Shown: positions 1 to 10,571, counted from the stretch's first letter. The stretch: DNA of 64,000 bases from a virus (IMGVR_UViG_3300037067_011079:781-64780); one strand, 5' to 3'. Numbers and translations are program-made. The notes: generated from the sequence alone by a model not told the origin.

Positions 1-482
1 TCCGTGCACCCATCATTCCTTAGCCCGAAACTGGACTCGTCTCGCTCCTTGATTAGCAAGATTACGCCTAGCGCGGTGCTTGGGATGTCATCGGAGAAGT
101 CGATGTTTGTCCACGCGCTTTCGGTGACGATTGAATATTCAATTGGCTGGCTCAGGAACTCGAATCCGCCGGTCAGGTAGCCTATAATATATATGCTGAC
201 ATAAGTATTACTCTGTGCATATGCCTGAAAAACGTTGCTTGCATCGACACCCACCCACATGTCGTGTTGCTCAAGCGATGACGTGCCCGAACCATACGGC
301 ACCGACAGCGTGCACCCTTTCATACGAACGCCGCTATCGTAATCGCCCCTCGATACGATTCGCACCGCTACGCCGTTGGCCCCACCGGGCGGAAGCGTCA
401 CATAGTTGTCAAGATCTATGTCTACCCAAACACTGGTCGAGGCTATCGTTATTTTCGTGGGCTCAACTGCTACATATGGCAT
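1..482 (-). CDS. Partial tail-associated protein running off the left end, with two internal repeats
   Basis: Not in the ORF track. ATG at 482 (MPYVAVEPTKI...) is open to base 1; repeats WVDIDL..GANGVAVRI..GVRMKGCT and WTNIDF..ALGVILLI..GLRNDGCT; follows the fibre gene. Confidence 0.7.
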   Translation of the reverse strand, partial: MPYVAVEPTKITIASTSVWVDIDLDNYVTLPPGGANGVAVRIVSRGDYDSGVRMKGCTLSVPYGSGTSSLEQHDMWVGVDASNVFQAYAQSNTYVSIYIIGYLTGGFEFLSQPIEYSIVTESAWTNIDFSDDIPSTALGVILLIKERDESSFGLRNDGCT

Positions 483-485
483 GGC

Positions 486-1691
486 TCACTCCGAATGCTT
501 GTTGATGCCGATTTTGAGCTTGACACCAAGCACGTAGATGGTCTCATCCAATACGTCGTCGCCGTGGGTAGGATCACGGTATAGCCTCAGCTCGCACGTT
601 TCCCCGCCAGCGGGCGTGCCGCCTAGCGTGATGTCGGCCATGACCGGCGACTTAAGCCGCTTATAAGTTGCGCCTGTGGCTGAATCCGTCACCTCGACCG
701 CTGTTCCCCAACTGGCATCCATAGATTCATCATTGCCAATTGCGACCCCCTGCAGGCCGAACCGTACCCCGCTGCTTGTGGTTCCGGTGGAATACCAGGT
801 CACATAACCCGAGATGGTGCCACCATCATAACCGTCGGGAAGCTCAAAATCACATGTTGCATATTTTTTTGCAGTATGCGGGAAGGCCAACGCGACCAGA
901 TTAAAATCGTTGGTGGAAAGCTCGATCTGTGTGGTGGATGAGGCCGCTGTACAACCATTGGTTATTGAGGCCAACCATGTCCCGGCCTTGATGTTGACGT
1001 GGATATACTTCTTGGCGAAGCTGTCCGCCGTCTTGCGCTTCATCGTGCCATTTTCATCGACTACCAGGCTGTCGGTGGTACCCACTGGCGCGGTGGTAGA
1101 AGCCGACTCCGCGAGCAGAACCGCATTTACAATAGTCTCCGGCGTGCCAGCGTCCTTGCCAAGCTTGCCGGAATTATCGCCAAAAGAGACTATATGATCA
1201 GTGGTCGATGAGGCAGGACCCACGAAATCGCCAGTTCCGGCACCATCCGCTCCGCCGTAAGCAAACGCGCTCCAGACCGTTGCCCAATCTGCCCCCACTT
1301 CAGGCTCTGTTGATGCGCCTGATGTGTGCCCGGATGTGCATATATAGGAGCCTTTACCGTATCCGCTTCTGGCATGCTGGACCAAATCGTTGGCCTGGTA
1401 GGTTGTCGAAGTGGCCCAATCGCCCTCTTCAGCCATAGTACCAGGATCGCCCGTGTCGCCCTTCACACCAGCTGGTCCCGCCCCCGGAAATACCTCCCAA
1501 TAAGTTGCATAGCTCCCACCGGTGCCGGGTTCGCTTGCCGCTCCCGAAGTATGCGCTAGGATGCAGATGTAGCCAGAACCGTCATTGATTACCGTGTCAT
1601 CGACGGCATAATCCACAGATGTGAGCCATACGCTTTTCCAGAGGATAGGCGAACCGTCGCCTACCCGGATGAATTTCTCGACCAGTGTCAT
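486..1691 (-). CDS. Tail fibre/receptor-binding protein of module 1, with two CBM5/12-like Trp-rich modules and a short collagen-like linker
   Basis: W..Y..D.V..Y.C...HTSG...EP.G..ATxW occurs twice; GPAGVKGDTGDPG; position after the Dit-like gene. Confidence 0.7.
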   Translation of the reverse strand: MTLVEKFIRVGDGSPILWKSVWLTSVDYAVDDTVINDGSGYICILAHTSGAASEPGTGGSYATYWEVFPGAGPAGVKGDTGDPGTMAEEGDWATSTTYQANDLVQHARSGYGKGSYICTSGHTSGASTEPEVGADWATVWSAFAYGGADGAGTGDFVGPASSTTDHIVSFGDNSGKLGKDAGTPETIVNAVLLAESASTTAPVGTTDSLVVDENGTMKRKTADSFAKKYIHVNIKAGTWLASITNGCTAASSTTQIELSTNDFNLVALAFPHTAKKYATCDFELPDGYDGGTISGYVTWYSTGTTSSGVRFGLQGVAIGNDESMDASWGTAVEVTDSATGATYKRLKSPVMADITLGGTPAGGETCELRLYRDPTHGDDVLDETIYVLGVKLKIGINKHSE

Positions 1692-1701
1692 AAAACAAAC
1701 C

Positions 1702-2844
1702 TCAGAAAATATCTCTATAAGTAGCGATTAAAAACGATAGCAGATGGTTAGATGTCTCTCCATCGCCAACTGTCAATGTTGCCGTTTCATCTTCTTCAAT
1801 AGAAGGAAGATCGTTAACATTACAATATCTTTCAATCTGTGCCTTCAGGCCCGATATCTGGATACTGGCATCGTCGCCGGTGACTATTCCGACAGCGATA
1901 AACGATTCCCCAACGGCGTCCAGAGGGAAGTCAATCTCATTTTTCCCGACAACCAGCGTATCGCAATCTATCTCTTCCAGATCGGATAGATCGGAGCTGT
2001 AAGCTATCTGCACCGTTGGCGCACCCGCGATTGCGGTAACATCTACTTCCAAATGAGGCGGTACATTACAGAGCAGCGGCCCATAGAAGGGGATCAGGAT
2101 CTTGCCAGATGCGCCAATTATTAGCGCGCCCTCTGCTATTGAGCCGCTTGTGCCATAATCGCAGAACGTGCTCCCTAAAAGGTCGATTTGCTGTTCTGCA
2201 TAGGTCTTTTTGAAGGTCGTGGAATACTCATGCTTACAATTGCCAAATCTGTCTAATGTAAATCGGTCCCCTCTCATCAACTGTTGACAAAGAGTCACGT
2301 TGTTGGAACCTATCGAGAAATAAGCATCTGTGGTATATTTTGGCGCGACGTAACCGCCCGACATGGTAAGGCAATCCAGGCCCGAAGGATAGTAGCCTGC
2401 ATTAACAATGGTCGCTGTCTTCGGCAGGGGAACATTTCGCTGGAAGGCTATACCAGCATCCGCCCCATACAATAGCTCATTTTCGCATACTACAGTCGCA
2501 TCGCTGTAATAAATCTGCCCGCCGCCCGCGATCTTGGTTATCTTGGCCGGGGTCGCATAGGCTTGCTGGATGTATGCTACCTGATCACTGTCAAATGGGC
2601 AAAATTCGGCTCCCGATGGAGCAGTATTGATCTCCTGGCGGGCCCGCTCTATGTCGCCCCTGGTGGTCGAATGAATCTCAAAAGAATAGGTTGCAGCGTC
2701 GTGCCCCGATTCGAGGACAGTCGCGTAGCTCATGCCAGAGGAAGACAGAGAGTCTATGTTCCGACCGCCGCCCGACACCGACACACCATCAATGTCCACG
2801 ATATCTGTAAGGACAAGCCCATGCAAAGAACAGTATGCGCTCAT
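1702..2844 (-). CDS. Distal tail (Dit-like) protein of module 1
   Basis: Position in the tail tip; clear paralogue of 60470..61636. Confidence 0.55.
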   Translation of the reverse strand: MSAYCSLHGLVLTDIVDIDGVSVSGGGRNIDSLSSSGMSYATVLESGHDAATYSFEIHSTTRGDIERARQEINTAPSGAEFCPFDSDQVAYIQQAYATPAKITKIAGGGQIYYSDATVVCENELLYGADAGIAFQRNVPLPKTATIVNAGYYPSGLDCLTMSGGYVAPKYTTDAYFSIGSNNVTLCQQLMRGDRFTLDRFGNCKHEYSTTFKKTYAEQQIDLLGSTFCDYGTSGSIAEGALIIGASGKILIPFYGPLLCNVPPHLEVDVTAIAGAPTVQIAYSSDLSDLEEIDCDTLVVGKNEIDFPLDAVGESFIAVGIVTGDDASIQISGLKAQIERYCNVNDLPSIEEDETATLTVGDGETSNHLLSFLIATYRDIF

Positions 2845-4778
2845 ATTGACAACCTCTTATAAAAATTCATAGAAGCCGAAACCGATAGCTCTGGATGGTC
2901 TTCCTCATCGGTATGGGCCACCTCGTACTCGCTTGCCATGTGCACCCAGACTTTTACAGTATTTGTGGCCTTAGTGGTTATGCTGTCGGTGATGTCGATT
3001 TCTGGAATAGAGCTGCTACTGGTCTGCCCGATGCAGAGCCCTACTATGGCCCCATCTGGAACGACCACATCATCTATTTTTACTTCCAGTGCGCATCGGC
3101 CCAAATCCAGATCCTTTGTCTCGCTTATTTCTATCCAGTCGGTCGCCCATGAGGCCCCTATGCCCGGCTTGGTTGATGCAGCAGACGTGTGATCCGCAAT
3201 GCAGCGATACAATTTTGTGATTTCGTCTGAATCATCGCAATAGACCTCATCTCCAATAACGTATGCAGTTGAAGTTTTCCACATGGCGGTATTATCCACT
3301 GGCGAGATGGTCAAGCCAAGCGTGATCTTTGGATTGTATTTGTCCAAATCAACGCCAGGAGGAACATAGAACTCCATGCCGGCGGGTGCAAAGACGTGGG
3401 ATGGATCTGATATGTGGATAGTCTCTGTCTTGGTGAGGGATTCCCGTTGATCCCTCAAATATTTATCAGTGAACCCACCTGGCGTGGACTCTCTCGCGTC
3501 CTCGACATCTTTCAGGGTCAAGTCCCTGTGCCCAAGCGACAGCTTGGTTTTGCCAGGCGACTCCACAATTTCCTGAGATCGGAAAATGCCCGGTGTCGCA
3601 TGCAACGGATAGAATTTGAAGTAATCCCCGGGATAAATTTGAAACTGCCTGGCAACCTCGATATCATATTGCTGGTCTTGCTGCCGCCCGATGTAGTGGG
3701 CATCGACCTTGCGCTGGAACATACCATCGTCGCCGATGAATCCTGACTCCACTTCTAAAATTTCATGGACCCTCAGGCCCATGTAGGTAGGATCATCGGC
3801 AGAATATCGCTGCTCTCCGAACCCCTGCCCGATGGTGCAGTGCGTCTTAGGATCGCCAGCGGTTGACTTCTCTATAGAACAGAATCCCCTCTCGCCTTCC
3901 CTGATAGTATACAGGCCGCCGGTTGACCCCCGGCCATCGGAAATCATCAGGTCAATGTAAGTGTAATTGTCATCGTCCCTGACCCTAACATACAGGTTGC
4001 TTGCGGTAATCAGATCCGCAATGAGGTCCCCTATTTCGTCTAAGTTGGTTTCAAGGTCGCCTAATAGCGTTTGGGATGAATCATAGACCTCCCCTAGCCT
4101 AATCGTGGTATCATAGGCACCATCCACAAGAAGGCCGCCATGCAGATACCAGGATCGGCATTTCTGATTATCTACTCGGATATACAGATCACTGACATCC
4201 CTATAATATCCTGTGTCGGTATAGGTCAGGAGCGCCAGCGTTCCAGCATCAGTAAGCTTGATAGTGGCCGTGTTGCCAATGACATATAGATCACGGGTGC
4301 TGAAATAGCTCTGCGTGCCATATCCCACGAGCTTGATGATGTTATGCGTCGCGTCATAGATCGAATATGGTAGGCCGGGCGGCACGGCGCTATTTGCCAT
4401 TGCCAACAATCCAGGCACCGCATTATCTGTTAATTCGTCTGTTAGTATTTCTTCCAATGAAGATATGCCCATTGGATAGAAATATCGCACCGCTGGCCGG
4501 GAGTTTAGCAGCCCCTCCATGCCTTTGACCGTCCATGTGGTCTTTGAGCCAGATGAGATATCTATCGAATTGCTCTCACAGTATCCTCGGAACTTGACCA
4601 TGTTGCCGTCTTTGGCGGTGACGATGGAGAACTGCGGAATGGGCAAGCGGCGATCTACCGTTAGCTCCATCTCGCGCGCATCCATGCGATCCAAGACAAC
4701 CGGTCTGGTTAGCTCATAGTCGCAGTCGATGTTTTTTAGGGTTGTACCAGACGGCGTCTTTACATTGATCTTAATCAT
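2841..4778 (-). CDS. Tail-tip/baseplate hub-like protein of module 1
   Basis: Directly after the tape measure gene (ATGA overlap); paralogue of 61639..63501; carries an inserted CBM-like module. Confidence 0.6.
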   Translation of the reverse strand: MIKINVKTPSGTTLKNIDCDYELTRPVVLDRMDAREMELTVDRRLPIPQFSIVTAKDGNMVKFRGYCESNSIDISSGSKTTWTVKGMEGLLNSRPAVRYFYPMGISSLEEILTDELTDNAVPGLLAMANSAVPPGLPYSIYDATHNIIKLVGYGTQSYFSTRDLYVIGNTATIKLTDAGTLALLTYTDTGYYRDVSDLYIRVDNQKCRSWYLHGGLLVDGAYDTTIRLGEVYDSSQTLLGDLETNLDEIGDLIADLITASNLYVRVRDDDNYTYIDLMISDGRGSTGGLYTIREGERGFCSIEKSTAGDPKTHCTIGQGFGEQRYSADDPTYMGLRVHEILEVESGFIGDDGMFQRKVDAHYIGRQQDQQYDIEVARQFQIYPGDYFKFYPLHATPGIFRSQEIVESPGKTKLSLGHRDLTLKDVEDARESTPGGFTDKYLRDQRESLTKTETIHISDPSHVFAPAGMEFYVPPGVDLDKYNPKITLGLTISPVDNTAMWKTSTAYVIGDEVYCDDSDEITKLYRCIADHTSAASTKPGIGASWATDWIEISETKDLDLGRCALEVKIDDVVVPDGAIVGLCIGQTSSSSIPEIDITDSITTKATNTVKVWVHMASEYEVAHTDEEDHPELSVSASMNFYKRLSI

Positions 4779-7700
4779 TTCGCCGCCTCATACATCTTTT
4801 TGGTCAGTCTGCTCTCGATTTCTTTTGCAAGTTTCTTCTCATTTACGGCGGTCTTGGAATTGTTAATGACAGTGATGTTTATGTCACCGAACCCGCCCAA
4901 CGCAGAGGCCGAACCGTGCCCTGCAAACCCACCTGAGGCAAAGGTCCTGATGCCCAATTCCTTCATGACCTGTGGCAAGATGCGCCTGCCTGCCGCGCGA
5001 TCTGAGATGGGGACAAAGGCTTCTCTTCCGGCCTCGCCGAATACGCCGTAAACTGGATGATCGGTTATGCCGCCTTCGGCCCACCCCCACGAAACACCGC
5101 CATATGAACCGCTTGATCCAGCATTTGCAGAGGCTTGTGCGCCCCATCCAGACGATGATGCGCCGGTTCCCACCCAGCCACCGCCACCTGAGACCGACAA
5201 ACCGCCCCAAAAACTTCCAGACGTGCTCCCATACAGCCCGCTAGATCCTCCGCCGCCGCCCACCGAAGACACCAACATGCCCGTGGCATCCAATGTCAAT
5301 CCGCTGAGCGACAGTGCTTGCTGCTGAAGGGCATACTGCTTTCCCAATTGATCATATATGTTGCTGGTATTCTCTTCAGTTTTCTGTTGCTCTTTATAAG
5401 ATTCTTCGGCGACCTTCATCTGATTTTTCAGATCGGAGTTTGCTGCTGTAGCAACATTTGACCACCCATAGCCAGGTTCCTTGTCCTCGCTTCTGTATGG
5501 GCTATTTGTAGATAGTCCGAGATAGAATGGATCAGTGGTCTTTAGGCTTGCATCCGGGGCCACAAATGAAAGCCCCTCACAGGTATCGGTTCTCGGGTCA
5601 TATGTGGCAATGTAACCCTCCTTGCTCAGGCCGGTTACTAGCGCGCCGCTTCCGCCTACTGAGAATGCGCCACCCGGAAAATTGGAGAGAGATCCACTTG
5701 TCTCGAATATACCGGTAGATAGAATGTCTATCTGCTCGGAGAGGAACTTTTCGCTTGCAGCGGTGTTATCTTCGATGTCCGCGAGGATAGATTCAGCCCG
5801 GTCGCTTGATGATGCCACTGTCTGGCGGGCAGACAGTGGCATTGATCCAGATGCCAGATAAAACGGGTCAGTGGTTTTCAGGTAAGGCGCTTTCAACAAC
5901 GGAATGCAAGAATCTGACCTTGGATCTTTCAACAAGGTTACATCCTCATTAATTTTCATTGACCCACTGTTAAGATAAAATTCGTCTGTTGTTTTTAAAT
6001 ATGGGGCACTCAATAGAGGAATGCAAGCATCGCTTCTTGGATCTCTGAGCAAAGTCACATTATCATTTACTTTTATATCTCCCGTATCGATACTGGGGAC
6101 GGCCCCGCCCTTATTCGCGGCCCAATTCTCAGCATACTTGGGCGACAATGCCGTTGCCGCTTCTGTCCACCAATCAGGTTGCGCCACCTCGCCTTTTAGC
6201 CAATATGGTACGACTGACCCCGCGCCGGTCTTGATCGCGTCGAGCTGCATTGCTCGGATCTCGGAGCTGATCATCTCCATGCCGGTAGTTTGTCCCTCGG
6301 ACAGCCACGCGCTAGGCACGTTGCCAGATACGTTGACCTGTGGGGCGTTGGGCCATTTGCTATATTGGTAGCCGGATGGAGGAGTTATCTGATATTGGTA
6401 GTCCTCGAAGAATTTTTCTCCAGTCAAATATTGCATCGAGCCTTTAGCGGCCTTGGCAAAGTCTGGGTAAAGGCCTTTGATATCTGACTCTTTAATAACT
6501 CGCTCGCCTTTTTGTACCCACGCAGGCCCGGATTGTGCAACAACACCGGTTTTTATTCCTTCATCATACCAAGCGCCAGCCGCCTTGAATTGGCTCTCTA
6601 AATTTGATGCAGCATATGGATTGGCAAATGCGGCAGAAATCGCTTGCCCTGACCATTTAGAGCTTGTTAGTGATGTGCCTTGCCAGGTTGTTCCTGCGCT
6701 GCCGTAAGAACTCGCATGGGCACTGGAAAAAGAACTTGCAGCGGAGATCGCGGCAGCGGCAGCGCCCAATATCGCGGTATTGAACTGCAATAAGCTGCCG
6801 TTGGTCATCGCTATATGGTTATCGGTGATGAGAAACGTGGTTCCTAATTGTTTACCGCCCGCATCGAGCACCACGAGACTGTTTCCGACCTGTTTAACTT
6901 GGCTATTGTACTCGACCATCCCGGTAGAGAGCAGCTGGCGGTACCAGGTCTCTTTTGTTATTTCAGGGGATAGTTCCTCGATATCTTTCTTCAGAGAGGG
7001 GAACGTGCTAAGAAGTCCAACGTCTTTGCTGGTGACGGCCTGCTCCATCGCATTAATCCAGGTCTTGGTCTGCTCCGGGGTGGTCTTGTCGGCCTCCCAA
7101 TCATGCCTAGATCTTTGCTGTTCATATTTTGGTATCTGGCCGGTTACATCTGCGATGGCGACATAGAGATCTGCCTTTTGCTGGAGCCACAGAGCAAAAT
7201 CAGCCTCGAAATCACCGCTTGCTTTTAGATTAACTTCAAACGTCTTACCAGATAGGATGTCATCGATGTTGGTCAACAGTGCCTGGTCATCAGCCGAAAA
7301 ATCTAGGGGGATATTTTGCTTATAAGTCTCTAGCAGTTCCTTATAAACCTCCAACTGTTTGCGTTCCATGTCGCCAAATATACCGTCTGAGACAACCTCT
7401 CCTAGATCGCTGCTCATGCCGGTATATTGGGTTTCCATGAACTTGGCAGAATTTTTGATACTGCCTCTCAGGTCGTTGTAATAGGCATCGGCAATTGCTT
7501 CTGATGTGTCTTTTCCAGACGACTCTATCTCTTTCCATTCCGTATCGTCCGGGCCTTTCCACCAGTTGAGCTTGGTGTTATTGGATTCAGTTTGTCTAAG
7601 GGTATATTGGGAGCCTAGGATGCTCATGGTGTTGTCGGCGCGCTTCATCTTGCCTTGGCCGCCCGATTGGGACTCGGCAGCAGCAAGCGCGGCGTTTGTT

Positions 7701-9619
7701 GTCATTCCAGACGCGATGAGTGCCGCTACTTCAGGCGAATTTTCTTTAAGAAGTTCGTTTACCTTGTCGAGATACGCCTGCCCGAACAGACTGCCCATCT
7801 GTTTTCCGGCCTGCCCCGCCACATCATACAGTTTCAAATAATTATCTGAGAACGTCTTAGGCAGTGCGGTATTAAGTTCCTGGTTGAGCGCGTCCACATA
7901 ACCAATGCCTGTCTTGCTGCCCAAATCCTTGAAAGATGCATCTGAGAAGCTTGCGCCGCTTGTGGCCTGCTCGCCCACCTTGTACATTGCAGATGCTTTG
8001 TAAGCGGCGGCAGCATTAGCAGCATCAGTATCTACTTGGGGCTCAGTGTAATATTTTCCGCCCGGCATATAGTCGGCGTTGTTATAGCCCATGAAACTAA
8101 GATATGAATTGGTGGCGCTGGTCATGGCCGATCCCGCGCCCGTTGCGAGTTTTTGCGCTGCTACAAATGCCTCAGATCCTAGCTGGTTGCCTTTTACCCA
8201 TGCGTCTGCGATGGTGTTGGCAATATCGGCCACAATGGGCAGCAATAGGCCGCCAATCTTCTCTAAGCTGACCTGGGCAGCCTGGCCGATGCGATCAAAT
8301 GCCTTGCTCGCATTATCTGCAACATCCTCATAGCCCTGAGCCACATTGCCCGGCTTCATCGCCAGGTCAATCGCGCCCTGGAGCTTGCCGGTTCCGGCCT
8401 CTATATCAGCAACTACCTTGTCGATTAGGACTTTGCCCTCTAGCCCAAACATCTTCGCGGTGTCGGGGCGTTCTGACTCCGGCAGGGCGGCTATGGCTTC
8501 GCCCAACCCCTGGACCGTGCCCATGAAGTCGGTCTTAAGCGATGATGAAAGGGAAGCCTGGTCTATGCCTAGGATGGCGGCAACCCCTGCCCCATTCTGA
8601 TCCATCTTTTGGGCGACGCGCTCTATTTGGGTTCCGGCTTCTCCCGCGCTCGATCCTGTATCTATCAGGAAAGAGGCCATCGCTTGCCACTTACCATAGG
8701 TTTCCTCGCTTGGCGCATACTTGGCAATGGCACCCGATGAGTTCCTCATCGCAGTAACTATTTCTTCTTCAGAGGAGCCCATCGCATTGGCAAGATTGTC
8801 CACTTGTCCGCCCACCCTATAGGCATAGTCAGCCCATGACATCTCTTCCTCGCCGCGCGCCTTTCTTTGGACATTCCACGCGCCCAATGTGACAGAGCCC
8901 ATCTTGCCGATGCCCTGAGCGGTCGATTCGGCAGACATCCCCCAGGCACCTTGCAGGATTGCGGTTGCTTTGGTGAAATCCAGGATCTCCTGTTTATAAC
9001 CAGACACATCGCCAGCAGTTAGCTTGGATTGACCGACTCCAATAGATCCGGCCTGTTCCACCATGCTAGAGGCGGCCTGAGCAGTGACACCGAACTCCTG
9101 CCTGAGATCCTGGAGCTGGTTCATCAGGTCTTCCAGGTTGTCGCCTTTGAGTCCCGTGGTGCGGCCTATGCTGGTTTTCATATCCTCCCAGGCCATTGCA
9201 GCGTTAACAGACGCTGCCGCAAGCACACCGACACCTACGGCTGCCGCTCCTGCCGCTATTCCAATGGGGCCGAGGGCAGTCGCTACGCTGGTAGCCATGC
9301 CGCCCATCACGCCAAACTGTTGGGTCATGCCCATTGTCAGAGTTTGGCCCATCTCCTTTCCGACATTGGCAAACTTGCCTTTCTCGGAATTTAGGAAAGA
9401 GGAGAAGCCACCAGATACGGTGTTGGGCGGCTCGATAACAGACTTGATTTTTAGAGTCTTGGCTTCGATCTTATCAATAGCCGAAAAAAAGTTTCCAAAG
9501 TTGGGTTCCGGCACCTTGATTGCAGGAACTTTAATGTTTGATAGTGTTGTATTCAGTTTTTGCAATTCGCTTGTAATGTTGCTGAAATTTGCAGTTCCTG
9601 ATATCTCAAATGCTGGCAT
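4775..9619 (-). CDS. Tail tape measure protein (1614 aa)
   Basis: Long Ala/Gly-rich helical protein after the chaperone; TMP-type segment AMAWEDMKTSIGRTTG; C-terminal AEGG...GEAGREAFVPI motif. Confidence 0.9.
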   Translation of the reverse strand: MPAFEISGTANFSNITSELQKLNTTLSNIKVPAIKVPEPNFGNFFSAIDKIEAKTLKIKSVIEPPNTVSGGFSSFLNSEKGKFANVGKEMGQTLTMGMTQQFGVMGGMATSVATALGPIGIAAGAAAVGVGVLAAASVNAAMAWEDMKTSIGRTTGLKGDNLEDLMNQLQDLRQEFGVTAQAASSMVEQAGSIGVGQSKLTAGDVSGYKQEILDFTKATAILQGAWGMSAESTAQGIGKMGSVTLGAWNVQRKARGEEEMSWADYAYRVGGQVDNLANAMGSSEEEIVTAMRNSSGAIAKYAPSEETYGKWQAMASFLIDTGSSAGEAGTQIERVAQKMDQNGAGVAAILGIDQASLSSSLKTDFMGTVQGLGEAIAALPESERPDTAKMFGLEGKVLIDKVVADIEAGTGKLQGAIDLAMKPGNVAQGYEDVADNASKAFDRIGQAAQVSLEKIGGLLLPIVADIANTIADAWVKGNQLGSEAFVAAQKLATGAGSAMTSATNSYLSFMGYNNADYMPGGKYYTEPQVDTDAANAAAAYKASAMYKVGEQATSGASFSDASFKDLGSKTGIGYVDALNQELNTALPKTFSDNYLKLYDVAGQAGKQMGSLFGQAYLDKVNELLKENSPEVAALIASGMTTNAALAAAESQSGGQGKMKRADNTMSILGSQYTLRQTESNNTKLNWWKGPDDTEWKEIESSGKDTSEAIADAYYNDLRGSIKNSAKFMETQYTGMSSDLGEVVSDGIFGDMERKQLEVYKELLETYKQNIPLDFSADDQALLTNIDDILSGKTFEVNLKASGDFEADFALWLQQKADLYVAIADVTGQIPKYEQQRSRHDWEADKTTPEQTKTWINAMEQAVTSKDVGLLSTFPSLKKDIEELSPEITKETWYRQLLSTGMVEYNSQVKQVGNSLVVLDAGGKQLGTTFLITDNHIAMTNGSLLQFNTAILGAAAAAISAASSFSSAHASSYGSAGTTWQGTSLTSSKWSGQAISAAFANPYAASNLESQFKAAGAWYDEGIKTGVVAQSGPAWVQKGERVIKESDIKGLYPDFAKAAKGSMQYLTGEKFFEDYQYQITPPSGYQYSKWPNAPQVNVSGNVPSAWLSEGQTTGMEMISSEIRAMQLDAIKTGAGSVVPYWLKGEVAQPDWWTEAATALSPKYAENWAANKGGAVPSIDTGDIKVNDNVTLLRDPRSDACIPLLSAPYLKTTDEFYLNSGSMKINEDVTLLKDPRSDSCIPLLKAPYLKTTDPFYLASGSMPLSARQTVASSSDRAESILADIEDNTAASEKFLSEQIDILSTGIFETSGSLSNFPGGAFSVGGSGALVTGLSKEGYIATYDPRTDTCEGLSFVAPDASLKTTDPFYLGLSTNSPYRSEDKEPGYGWSNVATAANSDLKNQMKVAEESYKEQQKTEENTSNIYDQLGKQYALQQQALSLSGLTLDATGMLVSSVGGGGGSSGLYGSTSGSFWGGLSVSGGGGWVGTGASSSGWGAQASANAGSSGSYGGVSWGWAEGGITDHPVYGVFGEAGREAFVPISDRAAGRRILPQVMKELGIRTFASGGFAGHGSASALGGFGDINITVINNSKTAVNEKKLAKEIESRLTKKMYEAAK

Positions 9620-9620
9620 T

Positions 9621-10143
9621 TTACCTCTTTGGTGGCGTTATTCCCATTTTCTGGCAAGCGTTTACAAGCTCGGAAAATTCTTCTTCCTGGATTTCTTTGG
9701 CCTCTTCGGGCGGGCGGAAAAGCTCATCAAACGGCTTGAACTCAAACTCTTTCTGCCCGAAAATTGGCCGATTGGTCGAGGCCATCCAAGTGTACCAAGC
9801 TTGCCTCTGCATGGTGCTTTCGCGAATTTTGCTTTCTTCACGCGCGCGATAGGCATCTTCTAAGATGTCATTATAAGTATAATCTGTTAGTTTGTCTGGC
9901 GATAAGCCTAATTCAAGCCTGGCGATTCTGAGGAAGTAGAACCAGGGGTCAGCCTGGCCTTCGCATCTGCTATAGCTTTCGCTACCGCCTCCATCTGTTG
10001 ATTCTCCGCTTCCGTCAGCATCGCCTGTCTTTCGTCTGATACTTTCCAGCTCCTCTCCAGAGAGGCAAGAGAAGAAGGGTCTGTGGCAAGCTTGTATGCT
10101 CTGGCGATGTCCCTGATTAGATCCAGCTTCTTGCCGCCAGACT
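9621..10143 (-). other. Open -1 frame overlapping the chaperone gene, probable frameshifted G-T extension
   Basis: Frame is stop-free from ~10143 to 9621 and encodes DPWFYFLRIARLELGLSPDKLTDYTYNDILE, with no ATG until 9812. Confidence 0.6.
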
Positions 10144-10438
10144 CAATATAACTGTCAATTCCATTGTCAATTTCTTCTAACGATATCTTATCGTCTTCGT
10201 GTTTCAATCCGTGATACAAAACTTGGCTCAGGATCTTGGCATTGCCGAGCCAGCCGGATACGATAGTATCCGCAAAAAGCATGCCGTCTTTGGATATGCC
10301 ATTGGCTCGCAAAATCCGGTTAGCGTCCTCTTCCAGATTGCCTATTGCAGTATGCGAAAACTTGATCTGTCTGGTCTGGCCTGCGAATTCGATACTGACG
10401 GTTCTGAGTCCTTTTTCGGGATTGGATTTTTTAGACAT
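9908..10438 (-). CDS. Tail assembly chaperone (G-like)
   Basis: Lies between the tail tube and tape measure genes; IKFSHTAIGNLEE motif; likely start MSKKS at 10438. Confidence 0.7.
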   Translation of the reverse strand: MSKKSNPEKGLRTVSIEFAGQTRQIKFSHTAIGNLEEDANRILRANGISKDGMLFADTIVSGWLGNAKILSQVLYHGLKHEDDKISLEEIDNGIDSYIESGGKKLDLIRDIARAYKLATDPSSLASLERSWKVSDERQAMLTEAENQQMEAVAKAIADAKARLTPGSTSSESPGLN

Positions 10439-10571
10439 AACAATTCTCCTGCAAAATTGTACCTGGAAAGAGGCCAACCAAACCGCCAGGATTCGGCTTG
10501 TCAGGTACGTATCCCTATGATTGGCCCGCGAAAGCGTCTTTAACGCGATTCTGTGAATTATAAAAAGATGG

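Noticed and set aside
9084-9863. Long antisense ORFs over TMP and other genes (e.g. 9084-9863, 29075-29641, 23790-24308)
   Set aside because: These are shadow frames of well-supported genes, with no motifs or SD sites.
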